This document shows positions 30,921-40,595 of a DNA stretch of 64,000 bases, one piece after another (positions within the stretch are counted from its first letter, which is position 1; the number at the start of each line of letters is the position of its first letter). The notes under the pieces were generated by a model that was not told the origin of the DNA, did no database searches, and saw only the letters and a list, made by a program, of their open reading frames with translations. The DNA is taken from contig JAEUHE010000079.1 of assembly GCA_016793885.1 (NCBI GenBank), positions 36,234-100,233 of the forward strand, written 5' to 3'. This stretch comes from Verrucomicrobiales bacterium. Lineage in GTDB: Bacteria; Verrucomicrobiota; Verrucomicrobiia; Limisphaerales; UBA11320. Position numbers and translations under genes: made by a program.

Positions 30921-33080
30921 ATGTCACCCATCCTTCTCATCCCCATCTTCGTCGTTCTCGCCGCCATCCTCACCATCGTGGCGCTGTGCATCCGCAAGAT
31001 CCAGCCAGGCCGCGCCGGCGTCGCCACCGGCTTCGGCGGCATCAAGGTGGCCTTCGACTATCTGATCCGCCTGCCCGTGCTGCAAAGCTACCACGTGGTG
31101 GATATCTCCGTGAAAAAGCTGGAGATCTCCCGCAAGGGAAAAGATGGCCTGGTCTGCAAGGACAACATCCGGGCCGACATCTCGGTCGCCTTTTACATCC
31201 GCGTGGAAGCCACCGAGGAAAGCGTTCGCAAGGTGGCTCAGATGCTCACCCCGGAGCGCGTGTCGGATGTCAACCAGCTGCGCGAGCTCTTCGAGGCCAA
31301 GTTCTCCGAAGCCCTCAAAACCGCCGGCAAGCAGATGCAGTTCCATGAGCTGTTTACCGAACGAATCAAATTCCGCGACCAGATTCAGAACACCATCGGC
31401 AAGGATCTGGATGGCTTCATCCTGCAGGATGTCGCGATCGACTATCTGGAGCAGACTCCGCTGGACCAACACGATCCCAGCAATGTGCTCGACTCCGAGG
31501 GCATCAAGAAAATTACCGAAATCACCCAACGGGAAAGGGTCGTCGCCAACGAATTCTCGCAGCGCGCAGCGGTGCAGATCGAACGCGAGAATGCGGACGC
31601 CGACATCGCCAAGCGCGAACAGAAGCGCCGCAACGAGGAAGATACGGCCAAGCAGACCCGCGCAATCACGGAAATCAAGGCCAACGAAGAGGCCGAAGCG
31701 CGAAAGGTCATCGAGGGCCGCAGAATGGAGGTGGAGCGCAAGCGGCTGGAGGCAGATGAGGCAATCCGGCTCCGCACCGAGGACATGAACCGCTCCGTGC
31801 AGGAACGTGAGTTTACCGTGAAGAAGGAGAAACAACGGCTCGAGCAGGAATCCATCCAAGAGGGTGAGGAAGCGCGAGTTCGTCGAGAGCGCTCGGTGTC
31901 GCTTTCGGAGATGGATAAGGAGATCAAGATCGCAGAGGCGGCAGTCGATGTGGAACGCAAGCGCGCCGTGGTCGTCGCCGAGCAAAAGGCGGTTGTCCAG
32001 CAGCAGGAGGAAAAGACCAACATCGAGGCTCGGATGACCGCCGAGCGGGTTCGGGAGGTCACCCTCATCGAGGCGGAGATGATAGCCAAGAAAGACCAGG
32101 TCGAGAAGGTGGTTGCCTCGGAAGCTCAGCGGGAGGCGGGACGCAACTTGGCGGAAGCCGAAAAGATCAAGCTGGTCATGGCCGCCGAGGGGGCGCGCGA
32201 GGCCGCCCTGCGGGACGCCGAGCGCATGCTGACCATGGCGGATGCCGAGGCCAAGTCGTCCGAGAAGCACCGCCAAGCCATGGAACAGAACGCCGAGGGG
32301 GTCGCGGCGCAAGAAGCCGCGAAAGGACTGGCGGAGGCCCGAGTGATCACGGCGCGAGCCGGCGCTCGCAAATCCGAGGCGGTCGCCCTCCGCGAAATCG
32401 GCCTGGCCGAGGCCGAGGTCACCAAGGCCAAGGGTGATGTCAGCGCGGAGGTCACCCAAACGCAGGCGGCGGCCGAAGCGGATGGCACGCGGAACCGGGA
32501 AAACGCCACCGCCACCGGAATCGAGGCCAAGATGCGAGCCGAGGCCAAGGGCATTGAGGAGAAAGCCAAGGCCATGAAGCTCCTCCATGAAGCCGGTCAA
32601 CAACACGAGGAGTTCCGGCTCCGACTCGCCAAGGAACGGGACATCGAACTGGCCGCCCTCACCACTCAGCGGGAGATCGCCCAGGCTCACTCCACTCTGG
32701 TCGGCGAGGCTCTCAAGAGCGCCAAAATCGACATCGTGGGCGGGGAGAATGACTTCTTTGAGAAGGTGGTTCGCGCCGTCGGCAACGGCAAGGCGGTGGA
32801 CCGGCTGGTCCACAACAGCAACACGCTGACCGAGATCAAAAACACGTTCTTTAACGGCGACGCCGAACACTTCAAGGCGCAGCTCCGGCGCTGGGTGCAG
32901 GATTTCGGGATCAAGACCGAGGATCTGAAAAATCTCACGCTCTCGGCGCTGCTCGGAAGGATGCTCGCTTCAACCCAGGACGCCGACTTGAAGTCGGTGC
33001 TGAAATCCAGCTTGAACGCCGCGAAAGAAGCCGGGATCGCTTCCGCTCCCGCGAGTCAAGTCATGGGTGAACCGAGCTAA
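30921..33080 (+). CDS. SPFH/Band-7 domain flotillin-like protein (N-terminal transmembrane helix, SPFH domain, long Ala/Glu-rich coiled coil)
   Basis: N-terminal transmembrane helix ILLIPIFVVLAAILTIVALCI. The SPFH core runs from about GFGGIKVAF to AIDYLEQT. About 330 aa of EA-rich heptad repeats (flotillin repeats) follow, then a C-terminal globular region. Confidence 0.85.
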   Translation: MSPILLIPIFVVLAAILTIVALCIRKIQPGRAGVATGFGGIKVAFDYLIRLPVLQSYHVVDISVKKLEISRKGKDGLVCKDNIRADISVAFYIRVEATEESVRKVAQMLTPERVSDVNQLRELFEAKFSEALKTAGKQMQFHELFTERIKFRDQIQNTIGKDLDGFILQDVAIDYLEQTPLDQHDPSNVLDSEGIKKITEITQRERVVANEFSQRAAVQIERENADADIAKREQKRRNEEDTAKQTRAITEIKANEEAEARKVIEGRRMEVERKRLEADEAIRLRTEDMNRSVQEREFTVKKEKQRLEQESIQEGEEARVRRERSVSLSEMDKEIKIAEAAVDVERKRAVVVAEQKAVVQQQEEKTNIEARMTAERVREVTLIEAEMIAKKDQVEKVVASEAQREAGRNLAEAEKIKLVMAAEGAREAALRDAERMLTMADAEAKSSEKHRQAMEQNAEGVAAQEAAKGLAEARVITARAGARKSEAVALREIGLAEAEVTKAKGDVSAEVTQTQAAAEADGTRNRENATATGIEAKMRAEAKGIEEKAKAMKLLHEAGQQHEEFRLRLAKERDIELAALTTQREIAQAHSTLVGEALKSAKIDIVGGENDFFEKVVRAVGNGKAVDRLVHNSNTLTEIKNTFFNGDAEHFKAQLRRWVQDFGIKTEDLKNLTLSALLGRMLASTQDADLKSVLKSSLNAAKEAGIASAPASQVMGEPS

Positions 33081-33091
33081 CGCCTGTCAAC

Positions 33092-36000
33092 ATGGCCGAG
33101 GCTCCACCAGGCTCCTCTCCTGATACCCGGGAAGGCGCTCCGCCCCCACCATCAGGGGCGGCCGCCTCCAACGCCTCATTGGCGGGAGCCACTTACGACC
33201 TGATCCGAACCAGGCTCCAGGCCGAAGGAGCACGTCTCCGCGAGCGGATGACCGCCCTGGATGAACGCCGCCAGGAGGTCTTCGGATCCATCGAGTTTAA
33301 GCTCCTGCGGGCTGACCGCATCGTCACGGCTCATAACTGCCTGCCGAAGGACATGGTCCAGCTGGGGGAAAAACGCTTCCTGTTCGGGTTCAATGTTCAG
33401 TTCGGACTCAAGCGAGAGATGGACCTGTCCGACGTGTTCGCCATCTATGAGCATGACAGCGAAACCGGCGCCTGGAAAGAATCGCCGCTGGACGTACTGC
33501 GCGATAAGAATTTCCTGGTCGATTTCAAGCGGCTCTACAACGTCTACGAGAAAAGTTCATTTCAGAAGTTCTCGCTGGTCGAAGGCAGGCTCTATCTCAT
33601 CTTTTCCACCGGCCCTGGCATCGACGACATTGCGGCGTTCAAATGGGAATACAACGACGGTGCGCCGCGTTACCTGGACGGCCGAGCCGAGGCCGAGTTT
33701 CGCCGGATCGGCTTCCCCCCTCCGCACGAGTTCAAGTGGCTGCTACCGGACCGCAACTCGTTCCGCTACGGGAACCATCCGCATGTGTCCATCGAGGACC
33801 GGGTGTTCGTCGAGTGCATCGGGGGCGACCTGACCATCAAGATCGAGGATAGCACCGTCAGCGGCGAAGGCATCTACTCGGAGCCGGTTGACGACAAGCA
33901 CCAGAAGCTGGATGACGCCGAGATCGCCTACGCGATCGTCGATCACCTGATCCTCCTCAAAGTCCGCCCCTACAAGGAGAACACCGCACGGTTCTTCATT
34001 TTTAACGAGAAGACTGAGCAGGCTGTCCGCGTCGATTCCATAGGCCAGTCCTGCGTGTTCCTACCGGAGGGTCATGGGCTGATCTTCCCTGATGGCTACT
34101 ATCTGGCCACCGGGGAACTCAAGCAGTTCGCCATCGATGAGCCATCGCTGGTATTCGAGCGCGTCATCCATGCGCCAAATGGAGAGGACTCGCTTTTCGT
34201 GTTCTTCGAACGGAACTCGGGATCGTACGCGCTCTTCCCCTACCGGCTCATCCAGCAGCGCGTCGAGGAGCGAATCACCTGCAACGGCTACTCGCTTTTC
34301 CCCAATGGAAATCTGGTGCTTTTCCGCGCCGATCGCGAGCCGCAAAAACACCACACCGTCCAGCTCCGCCAAACCCCTTTCCATAAACCGGGCTTCGAAC
34401 CTCCCGGCAATCGGGACGCCTTTCTCTACCAGGTCGGAAACAAGGAGGTGGTCCGATGCCTCGCCGAGTGCAACGAGGTGCTGACGTTGGTCCGCAAGGA
34501 AAGTCCCTACGCCGCGCTCTACGACGACCTGGTCAAGCGCTGCCGAAGCATTCTGGACACATACGCCTGGCTCAACCACGCCGAGGGCTCCGGCCTCAAT
34601 GAGGCGTTATTGAAGACTGCCGAGATCGCCGACAAGGCGGTGGCGGAGTTTGACAAAGTCCGCCGATTGCAGCGCGAGGCGGCCGATCGTCTCAAGGATG
34701 CGACGAAACGCTCTCAGGATTGTTTTCAGGACATTCGGCGCGGTTCGTTCCGCACGCTCAACGAGTTCGTGCGCAGCCTCTCGGCGCTTCGGCAACTGCG
34801 CGGAGAACTCATCACGCTCAAGGAAGTTCGCTACATCTCGATCCCGTCCATCGAGGCCCTTGAAAAATCTGTTGCCGAGCAGCTGGTCCAACTTTCCGGA
34901 ACCTGCGTCCAGTTCCTGCTGCGCCCCGAGTCCTTGGATCCCTATCGAAAGCAGGCGGAGGAGCAGCGTGCCGCCGTCGAGAAGGTCGCCAAAGCAGCCG
35001 AAGGCCGAAAAATCGAGAAAGCTGTGTCGGATGCCGGCGCGGAGCTGGAGATGCTGATTGAAGTGGTGAACGGCCTCCGGATCGAAGACGCCACCGAAAC
35101 CACGCGGATCATCGACGGCATCACCTCCGTCTACTCCACGCTCAACCAGATTCGGGCCGCGCTCAAAAAGAAGCTCAGCTCGCTCGTCTCCACCGAAAGC
35201 ACCGCCCAGTTCACCGCCCAGGTCAAGCTGCTGAGCCAGGCGGCGGCAAGCTATCTCGATCTCTGCGACTCTCCGGCCAAATGCGACGATTACCTCAACC
35301 GCCTCTCGGTGCAGATTGAGGAACTGGAAGGCGCGTTCGCCGACTTTGAAGAGTTCACTGTCCAGCTGACGGAGCGGAGGACGGAGATCTACGAGGCGTT
35401 CGAACAGCGAAAGATCGCCTTGGTGGAGCAGCGCAGCCGGAAGGCCTCGGCGCTGATGAGCGCCGCCGAACGAATTCTGAAGGTGATTCAGAACCGGCTC
35501 GCGAGCTTCAAATCCCTCGAGGACATCAACGCCTACGTCGCGTCCGACCAGATGGTCGCCAAGGTACGCGACCTGACGGCCCAGCTGCTCGCCCTGGAGG
35601 ATGCCGTCAAAGCCGATGATCTTCAGGGCCGGCTCAAGAGCATCCAACAGGAGGCGGTGCGCCAGCTCAAGGATCGTCAGGAGCTGTTTGCGGAGGGACC
35701 AGGAATCATCAAGCTGGGACGCCACAGTTTCAACATCAACACCCAGCCTTTGGACCTGACGGTGGTGATGCAGGACGACGCCCCCCATCTCCATCTCACC
35801 AGCACGAAATATTTCGAGCCTATCCTGGACGCCGCCTTTCTGGCCACCCGGGAAGCCTGGGGCCAGGAGGCCATCTCGGAGAGCCCCGAGGTGTACCGAG
35901 CCGAGTTCCTGGCCTGGCAGCTCGCCAAGACTCTGGTCGAACCCGGGCCTCAGCTTCCCGAGGCATCAAGGGACCCCGCCAACACCCTCGAAGCCATCCT

Positions 36001-38551
36001 GCAGGAATCATCCGCGCAACGGCTGGCCCGCGTTCAGGCAGGCATGGCTTCACGCTATCAGGACGGGTATACCAAGGGGGTGCATGACCTTGATGCGGCG
36101 CGCATCTTCGAGGCCTGGATTACTACCCACCACGCCCTGCAGCTCGCTCGCTACTCTCCCACGGCACGCGGTTGCGCACTGGTTTACTGGACCCGATTTT
36201 GCGGGGATCAGGAGCGGGTGCTTTGGATGGCCAAGCTCCGGGGCTTCGCCGAGCGAAATCGAGTCTTTCCTGGCGACGCCGTGCAACAGGGCTACATCGG
36301 CGAGCTGCGCACCTCGGTAGCCGGATTTCTCCACCAACATGGCCTCTTCCCGCGCGGGACCGAGTCCGAGGCCGGGGAGTATTTGTTTCATCAGCTCCTG
36401 GAGGGGGAACGCTTGGTCTCCAGCCAAGAGGCGGAGTCGCTGCTCACCGTGTTCCGACAACATCTCGCCGCCAAAGGCAGCGAGGAGACGTTCTTGAAGG
36501 CCCGCCTTGCCCTGAAGGACCACCCTGGCAGCGAACTCGAGCTGGTGCGGGACTGGGTGCGTGGCTTCCTGCTCGACAAACCGCAGGCCCGACCGTTCCT
36601 GGAGGAAGTCGCGGCCTTCCTCTTCGCCGGCGACACCGTCCAGCGTCAGCCCGTCCAGGCCCCCGCCCAAACGATGCTGGAGGGGATGCAAGGTCAGCAC
36701 CCCCGGGTTCAAACCAGCCGTTACACGTTTGACTATCACGACTTCACCGCGCGACTCCATCGCCACGAGCGCGACTTCGTGCCGCGCTTTCAGGCCTACC
36801 ATCAGATCAAACAGGGCCTGCTGGAGCGCGAGCGCAAACGGCTGCGACTGGGCGAATTCAAGCCGAGGGTCCTGAGTTCCTTCGTCCGGAACCAACTGGT
36901 CGACCATGTCTACTTGCCGCGAGTCGGCGACAATCTCGCCAAACAGATAGGCGCCGCCGGCGATGCCAAGCGAACCGATCTCATGGGCCTACTGCTGCTC
37001 ATCTCGCCTCCGGGCTATGGCAAGACCACTCTCATGGAGTATGTGGCCGCCCGACTCGGAATCGTCTTCGTCAAGATCAACGGCCCCGCCATCGGCCACG
37101 CCGTCACGTCGCTGGATCCGGAGGAGGCCCCCAACGCCGCCGCTCGGGAGGAAATCCACAAGCTCAACCTGGCCCTGGAAATGGGCGACAACGTGCTCAT
37201 CTGCGTCGATGACATCCAGCACTGCAATCCGGAGTTCCTGCAGAAATTCATCTCGCTTTGCGACGGCCAGCGGAAGATCGAAGGGGTGTGGCGGGGCCAA
37301 CCTCGAACCTACGATTTGCGCGGGCGAAAGGTGGTGGTGGTCATGGCCGGCAACCCTTACACGGAGAGCGGACAGAAGTTCAAGATTCCCGACATGCTTG
37401 CCAACCGGGCCGACACCTACAACCTGGGCGACATCATTGGGGGCAGCGCGGAAGCGTTCAAAGCCAGTTACCTCGAAAACGCCATTACTTCCAACGCCGT
37501 GCTGGCGCCGCTGACTAACAAGAGCCAGAAGGACATTCGCTCCTTCATCCACCTGGCCGAAACCGGGGAGCGTCCTGCCGATGGGTTCGAGGCCAACTAC
37601 TCCACTCAGGAGCTGGATGAGATCGTCGCCACGCTCAAGCAGCTGATCCGGATCCGGGAGATCATCCTGCTCGTCAACCAAGAGTACATCCGCTCAGCGG
37701 CGCAAACCGATGACTATCGAACCGAGCCGCCGTTCCGCCTGCAGGGGTCGTATCGGAACATGAACCGGCTGGCCGAGAAGGTGGTGCCCATGATGAACGA
37801 CGAGGAGGTGCTCCGTCTGGTCACCGATCATTATCAGGGGGAGTCCCAAACTCTGACGACCGGCGCGGAGTCCAATTTGCTGAAGTTCCGCCAAATGATC
37901 GGGATTCAAACCCCGGACGAGAAGAAGCGTTGGGAGGATATCTGTGCGACCTTCCGACGAAACCTCATTGGAAAAGGAGGCTCGGACCAGGATCCGGTGA
38001 ACCGCGTGGTACAGCAGCTCTCGGCCGTCCATACAGGCTTGGAGTCGATTCAGAGCACGCTGGCCGGGCACCTCGCCCAGAAGGCAATCCCGCCCCAGAT
38101 CTCCATCGACCTTGGTCCGCTGAACGACAACCTGGGAGCCTTGCAGTCAACCCTGCGCGCGCAGGCTGGCTCGGCGGCGGCGCCCGCCGCGCTGGGCACA
38201 CAGCTGAGTGACGGGCTTCGGGCTTTGCGCGAGGATCTCAGCCGCGCCATCACCGCCGTCCACACCGGAGCCATGGCCGAGAAAGTGAGCAGCCTCTCCC
38301 ACGAGATGGAGATGATCCACAGCACCCTGGCGACCCTGAAAGACATCTCCGCTCAGCAGCGAGATCATGTTCGCAAGATCGACGAGATGCTGGTCGCTCG
38401 AGCCAAGGACGGAACCGTGGAACTGCCACTCACTCAGGAAATGTTGAACAACGAGCGGGTGTTCTTGGAGAAAATCCAGCAGGCGCTGGCCGAAGCCCAA
38501 AACCAGCCGACCGCCCCTGCCCCTCCCCCACTGCCTGGAAACCAAACATGA
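33092..38551 (+). CDS. Giant (1819 aa) multidomain protein: N-terminal beta-rich domain, long coiled coils, and an embedded MoxR/AAA_5-type AAA+ ATPase domain
   Basis: Walker A LLLISPPGYGKTTL (about nt 37003), Walker B VLICVDDIQHCNPE, sensor-1 VVVVMAGNPYT, and an IPDMLANRAD Arg motif. Coiled coil spans about aa 470-830. It starts 12 nt after the flotillin stop. Confidence 0.8.
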   Translation: MAEAPPGSSPDTREGAPPPPSGAAASNASLAGATYDLIRTRLQAEGARLRERMTALDERRQEVFGSIEFKLLRADRIVTAHNCLPKDMVQLGEKRFLFGFNVQFGLKREMDLSDVFAIYEHDSETGAWKESPLDVLRDKNFLVDFKRLYNVYEKSSFQKFSLVEGRLYLIFSTGPGIDDIAAFKWEYNDGAPRYLDGRAEAEFRRIGFPPPHEFKWLLPDRNSFRYGNHPHVSIEDRVFVECIGGDLTIKIEDSTVSGEGIYSEPVDDKHQKLDDAEIAYAIVDHLILLKVRPYKENTARFFIFNEKTEQAVRVDSIGQSCVFLPEGHGLIFPDGYYLATGELKQFAIDEPSLVFERVIHAPNGEDSLFVFFERNSGSYALFPYRLIQQRVEERITCNGYSLFPNGNLVLFRADREPQKHHTVQLRQTPFHKPGFEPPGNRDAFLYQVGNKEVVRCLAECNEVLTLVRKESPYAALYDDLVKRCRSILDTYAWLNHAEGSGLNEALLKTAEIADKAVAEFDKVRRLQREAADRLKDATKRSQDCFQDIRRGSFRTLNEFVRSLSALRQLRGELITLKEVRYISIPSIEALEKSVAEQLVQLSGTCVQFLLRPESLDPYRKQAEEQRAAVEKVAKAAEGRKIEKAVSDAGAELEMLIEVVNGLRIEDATETTRIIDGITSVYSTLNQIRAALKKKLSSLVSTESTAQFTAQVKLLSQAAASYLDLCDSPAKCDDYLNRLSVQIEELEGAFADFEEFTVQLTERRTEIYEAFEQRKIALVEQRSRKASALMSAAERILKVIQNRLASFKSLEDINAYVASDQMVAKVRDLTAQLLALEDAVKADDLQGRLKSIQQEAVRQLKDRQELFAEGPGIIKLGRHSFNINTQPLDLTVVMQDDAPHLHLTSTKYFEPILDAAFLATREAWGQEAISESPEVYRAEFLAWQLAKTLVEPGPQLPEASRDPANTLEAILQESSAQRLARVQAGMASRYQDGYTKGVHDLDAARIFEAWITTHHALQLARYSPTARGCALVYWTRFCGDQERVLWMAKLRGFAERNRVFPGDAVQQGYIGELRTSVAGFLHQHGLFPRGTESEAGEYLFHQLLEGERLVSSQEAESLLTVFRQHLAAKGSEETFLKARLALKDHPGSELELVRDWVRGFLLDKPQARPFLEEVAAFLFAGDTVQRQPVQAPAQTMLEGMQGQHPRVQTSRYTFDYHDFTARLHRHERDFVPRFQAYHQIKQGLLERERKRLRLGEFKPRVLSSFVRNQLVDHVYLPRVGDNLAKQIGAAGDAKRTDLMGLLLLISPPGYGKTTLMEYVAARLGIVFVKINGPAIGHAVTSLDPEEAPNAAAREEIHKLNLALEMGDNVLICVDDIQHCNPEFLQKFISLCDGQRKIEGVWRGQPRTYDLRGRKVVVVMAGNPYTESGQKFKIPDMLANRADTYNLGDIIGGSAEAFKASYLENAITSNAVLAPLTNKSQKDIRSFIHLAETGERPADGFEANYSTQELDEIVATLKQLIRIREIILLVNQEYIRSAAQTDDYRTEPPFRLQGSYRNMNRLAEKVVPMMNDEEVLRLVTDHYQGESQTLTTGAESNLLKFRQMIGIQTPDEKKRWEDICATFRRNLIGKGGSDQDPVNRVVQQLSAVHTGLESIQSTLAGHLAQKAIPPQISIDLGPLNDNLGALQSTLRAQAGSAAAPAALGTQLSDGLRALREDLSRAITAVHTGAMAEKVSSLSHEMEMIHSTLATLKDISAQQRDHVRKIDEMLVARAKDGTVELPLTQEMLNNERVFLEKIQQALAEAQNQPTAPAPPPLPGNQT

Positions 38552-39387
38552 AAACCTTCGCCCAGAAAATCCAAGAAGCCGCCCAGAAGGCGATTCGAAT
38601 GAAGCAAGCGGTCGAAGGCGCTCCGCTGAAAGTGGCGGAATTCCGCCACGCGCTGCAACAGACGACCCATGAGCTGCAAGGGATCGGCCAAGATGTCCAG
38701 TCCACGATCTCCGGGCTCAAGCTCACGGATCCCAGCGGCCTGCCCGAGGCAGTGCATCAGATCACTGCCGCCGCCCCGGTGTTGCGGGAGGCGGGGTATG
38801 AGGTTTCCGGATTCGAGATGGAATTGGGTCCGATCCACCGGTTGGTCCTCCTGCTCGACCGAGCTCAGGCCGTCCCCTTGCCCCTGCTCAGCAGTCTCGT
38901 TCAGCGGCATGCCGGCGAGGCCATTCTTCAGGGACTGCTGGAGGCGGTGCTCGAAGCGGAAACAATGGTGGTGGGCCTCGAGTTGCCAAAGCTCTCGTAT
39001 CGCCGCCTGCGCATCCATCTCGGTGCGATCCCGACGATTCGCCTCATCTGGGAAGCCCATGAAAACGCCAAAGCGGCCTCTCGGTTCGTGGCCGGCCACG
39101 AATCCGGCGTGCTTCCCTCTTCCATGACCGGCTCAGTGCAGACGACCACTCCCAATATTCCCACCTACGGACAGTCTTCCTTCTTCGAGCGTCGGCCGAC
39201 AGCCGCGCCCTCCAGTCCACCGCCGCTGCCCAACGCCGGGGTTCCACCTCACCCTGAGCATCCGGCCCCCGCTGCCACCCCGGCAGCAATCCCGCCCCCG
39301 CAGCCGCATAGCTACTCCAAGGATTGGGGACGTGGCGCTCTCGATCGTTTCAAAAAGATGCCCAACCTGGGATCCGACAATGGTTAA
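38548..39387 (+). CDS. Hypothetical protein (279 aa) with a Pro-rich C-terminus; translationally coupled to the giant ATPase (ATGA overlap)
   Basis: Its start overlaps the upstream stop by 4 nt. The N-terminal part is helical and the C-terminus is PSSPPPLPNAGVPPHPEHPAP. I recognised no family. Confidence 0.55.
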   Translation: MKTFAQKIQEAAQKAIRMKQAVEGAPLKVAEFRHALQQTTHELQGIGQDVQSTISGLKLTDPSGLPEAVHQITAAAPVLREAGYEVSGFEMELGPIHRLVLLLDRAQAVPLPLLSSLVQRHAGEAILQGLLEAVLEAETMVVGLELPKLSYRRLRIHLGAIPTIRLIWEAHENAKAASRFVAGHESGVLPSSMTGSVQTTTPNIPTYGQSSFFERRPTAAPSSPPPLPNAGVPPHPEHPAPAATPAAIPPPQPHSYSKDWGRGALDRFKKMPNLGSDNG

Positions 39388-39519
39388 TCACCCATAAAGA
39401 TGATCATTTTTCACCACCCTCTCCCGATTATTTCATACGTACGTTAGGAATAATCGGGCATGGATCGTGGGCTAACCGGGGGAGGATGAGGGCTGGGCGG
39501 ACGGTATCAAGTCCCGTGG

Positions 39520-40575
39520 CTACGTCCGATGTACCGGGTTACTGCCTGACGAGTTCAGGGGCTGGAACCGAAGATCCAGATGCGCGCCGAAGGCGTTGGC
39601 GTGGGTCACCAACTGAGGCACGCCTTGGATCACGTCTAACGCCGGTTTGTGAACGTGACCCGCACAAACCCCCAACAGCGTCTTCGCTGCAAACACCTCG
39701 CGATGAAACGCCAGGGTGGCACTCGAGTGCCCGCCCTCCGGCCAGCGAGGCCGCCGTTCAAGTTCATATCCTTTATCGGAAGACGCCCCCCAATCCGGAT
39801 GGCCGCAACCGAACCCCACCGAACGCCCCGGAGCATACAAGGGGATATGAACCAACAAAACCATCGGCTGTCCGCGACGGACCTCAGTCCTCCAGAACCG
39901 CAATTGCGCAGGCGTAATCTGGTAGTCCGAGTTATCAATGCTCACGAACCGAACCCCCTGAACTTCGACTGAGCTGGCCATCGGATCCCGACCTTGGTAG
40001 AGCGGCAGCAGGCGCTTTTGGATCCAGGTGGCTCGTAACGACTCGATGGATCCCTCCATTCCCTCGTAGTGCCAGTCGTGATTGCCCGCGACGTACACAT
40101 AAGGCAGCCCGGCGAAGCGCAACCGGTCCAACACCCATTCAATCGCGGCCTCCGAGGGAAAACTAAAGAGATCTCCGACAATCGCAACGAGATCGGCCTT
40201 GATTAGCTGCGCCTGGCGCAACGAAGCCTCGAAGCATTCCTGGGGATGCGTGGCCTGGCCGGTCAAAAAATGCAGTGGCCGATTGTAAGCGCCAGCCATT
40301 CGGCCGCTGAACGAGCGGAACGGGATCCCTCGAACGTCGTCCAGGAACAAATGGGTATCGGCCAACATCAGCACGCGAAGCGGCCGAGAAATCAGCGGGG
40401 AATAAAAACTGGCGTTCTGGCCCTCCAGCGCGAAGGTCCCTCGGGGCTGGGCTCCCGGAAATCGCGGGACAGTGCGACCCGCAGCTCCCTCCGGATAGGC
40501 CGCGGCTTGAGCTCCCAGAGCCACGCCGGCCGTGGCGGAAACCGACAGCGAACGAAGGAAACCACGACGGTTCAT
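39520..40575 (-). CDS. Metallophosphoesterase (calcineurin-like) with a TAT signal
   Basis: MNRRGFLRSL TAT motif. LADTHLF, GDLFS and VAGNHDWHYEG metal-binding motifs. Confidence 0.8.
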   Translation of the reverse strand: MNRRGFLRSLSVSATAGVALGAQAAAYPEGAAGRTVPRFPGAQPRGTFALEGQNASFYSPLISRPLRVLMLADTHLFLDDVRGIPFRSFSGRMAGAYNRPLHFLTGQATHPQECFEASLRQAQLIKADLVAIVGDLFSFPSEAAIEWVLDRLRFAGLPYVYVAGNHDWHYEGMEGSIESLRATWIQKRLLPLYQGRDPMASSVEVQGVRFVSIDNSDYQITPAQLRFWRTEVRRGQPMVLLVHIPLYAPGRSVGFGCGHPDWGASSDKGYELERRPRWPEGGHSSATLAFHREVFAAKTLLGVCAGHVHKPALDVIQGVPQLVTHANAFGAHLDLRFQPLNSSGSNPVHRT

Positions 40576-40595
40576 AACTTGTTGGACGTACCCGC

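Noticed and set aside
31550-32600. Periodic GAG/GCC-rich DNA (possible satellite)
   Set aside because: It is the coding sequence of the flotillin Ala/Glu-rich coiled coil.
30924-32870. 648-aa minus-strand ORF
   Set aside because: It is antisense to the flotillin gene. The GAG/GCC-rich coiled-coil codons read in reverse give Leu/Gly/Asp repeats. It is not a real gene.
34607-36907. Minus-strand ORFs of 395 aa and 285 aa
   Set aside because: They are antisense shadows inside the giant AAA gene.
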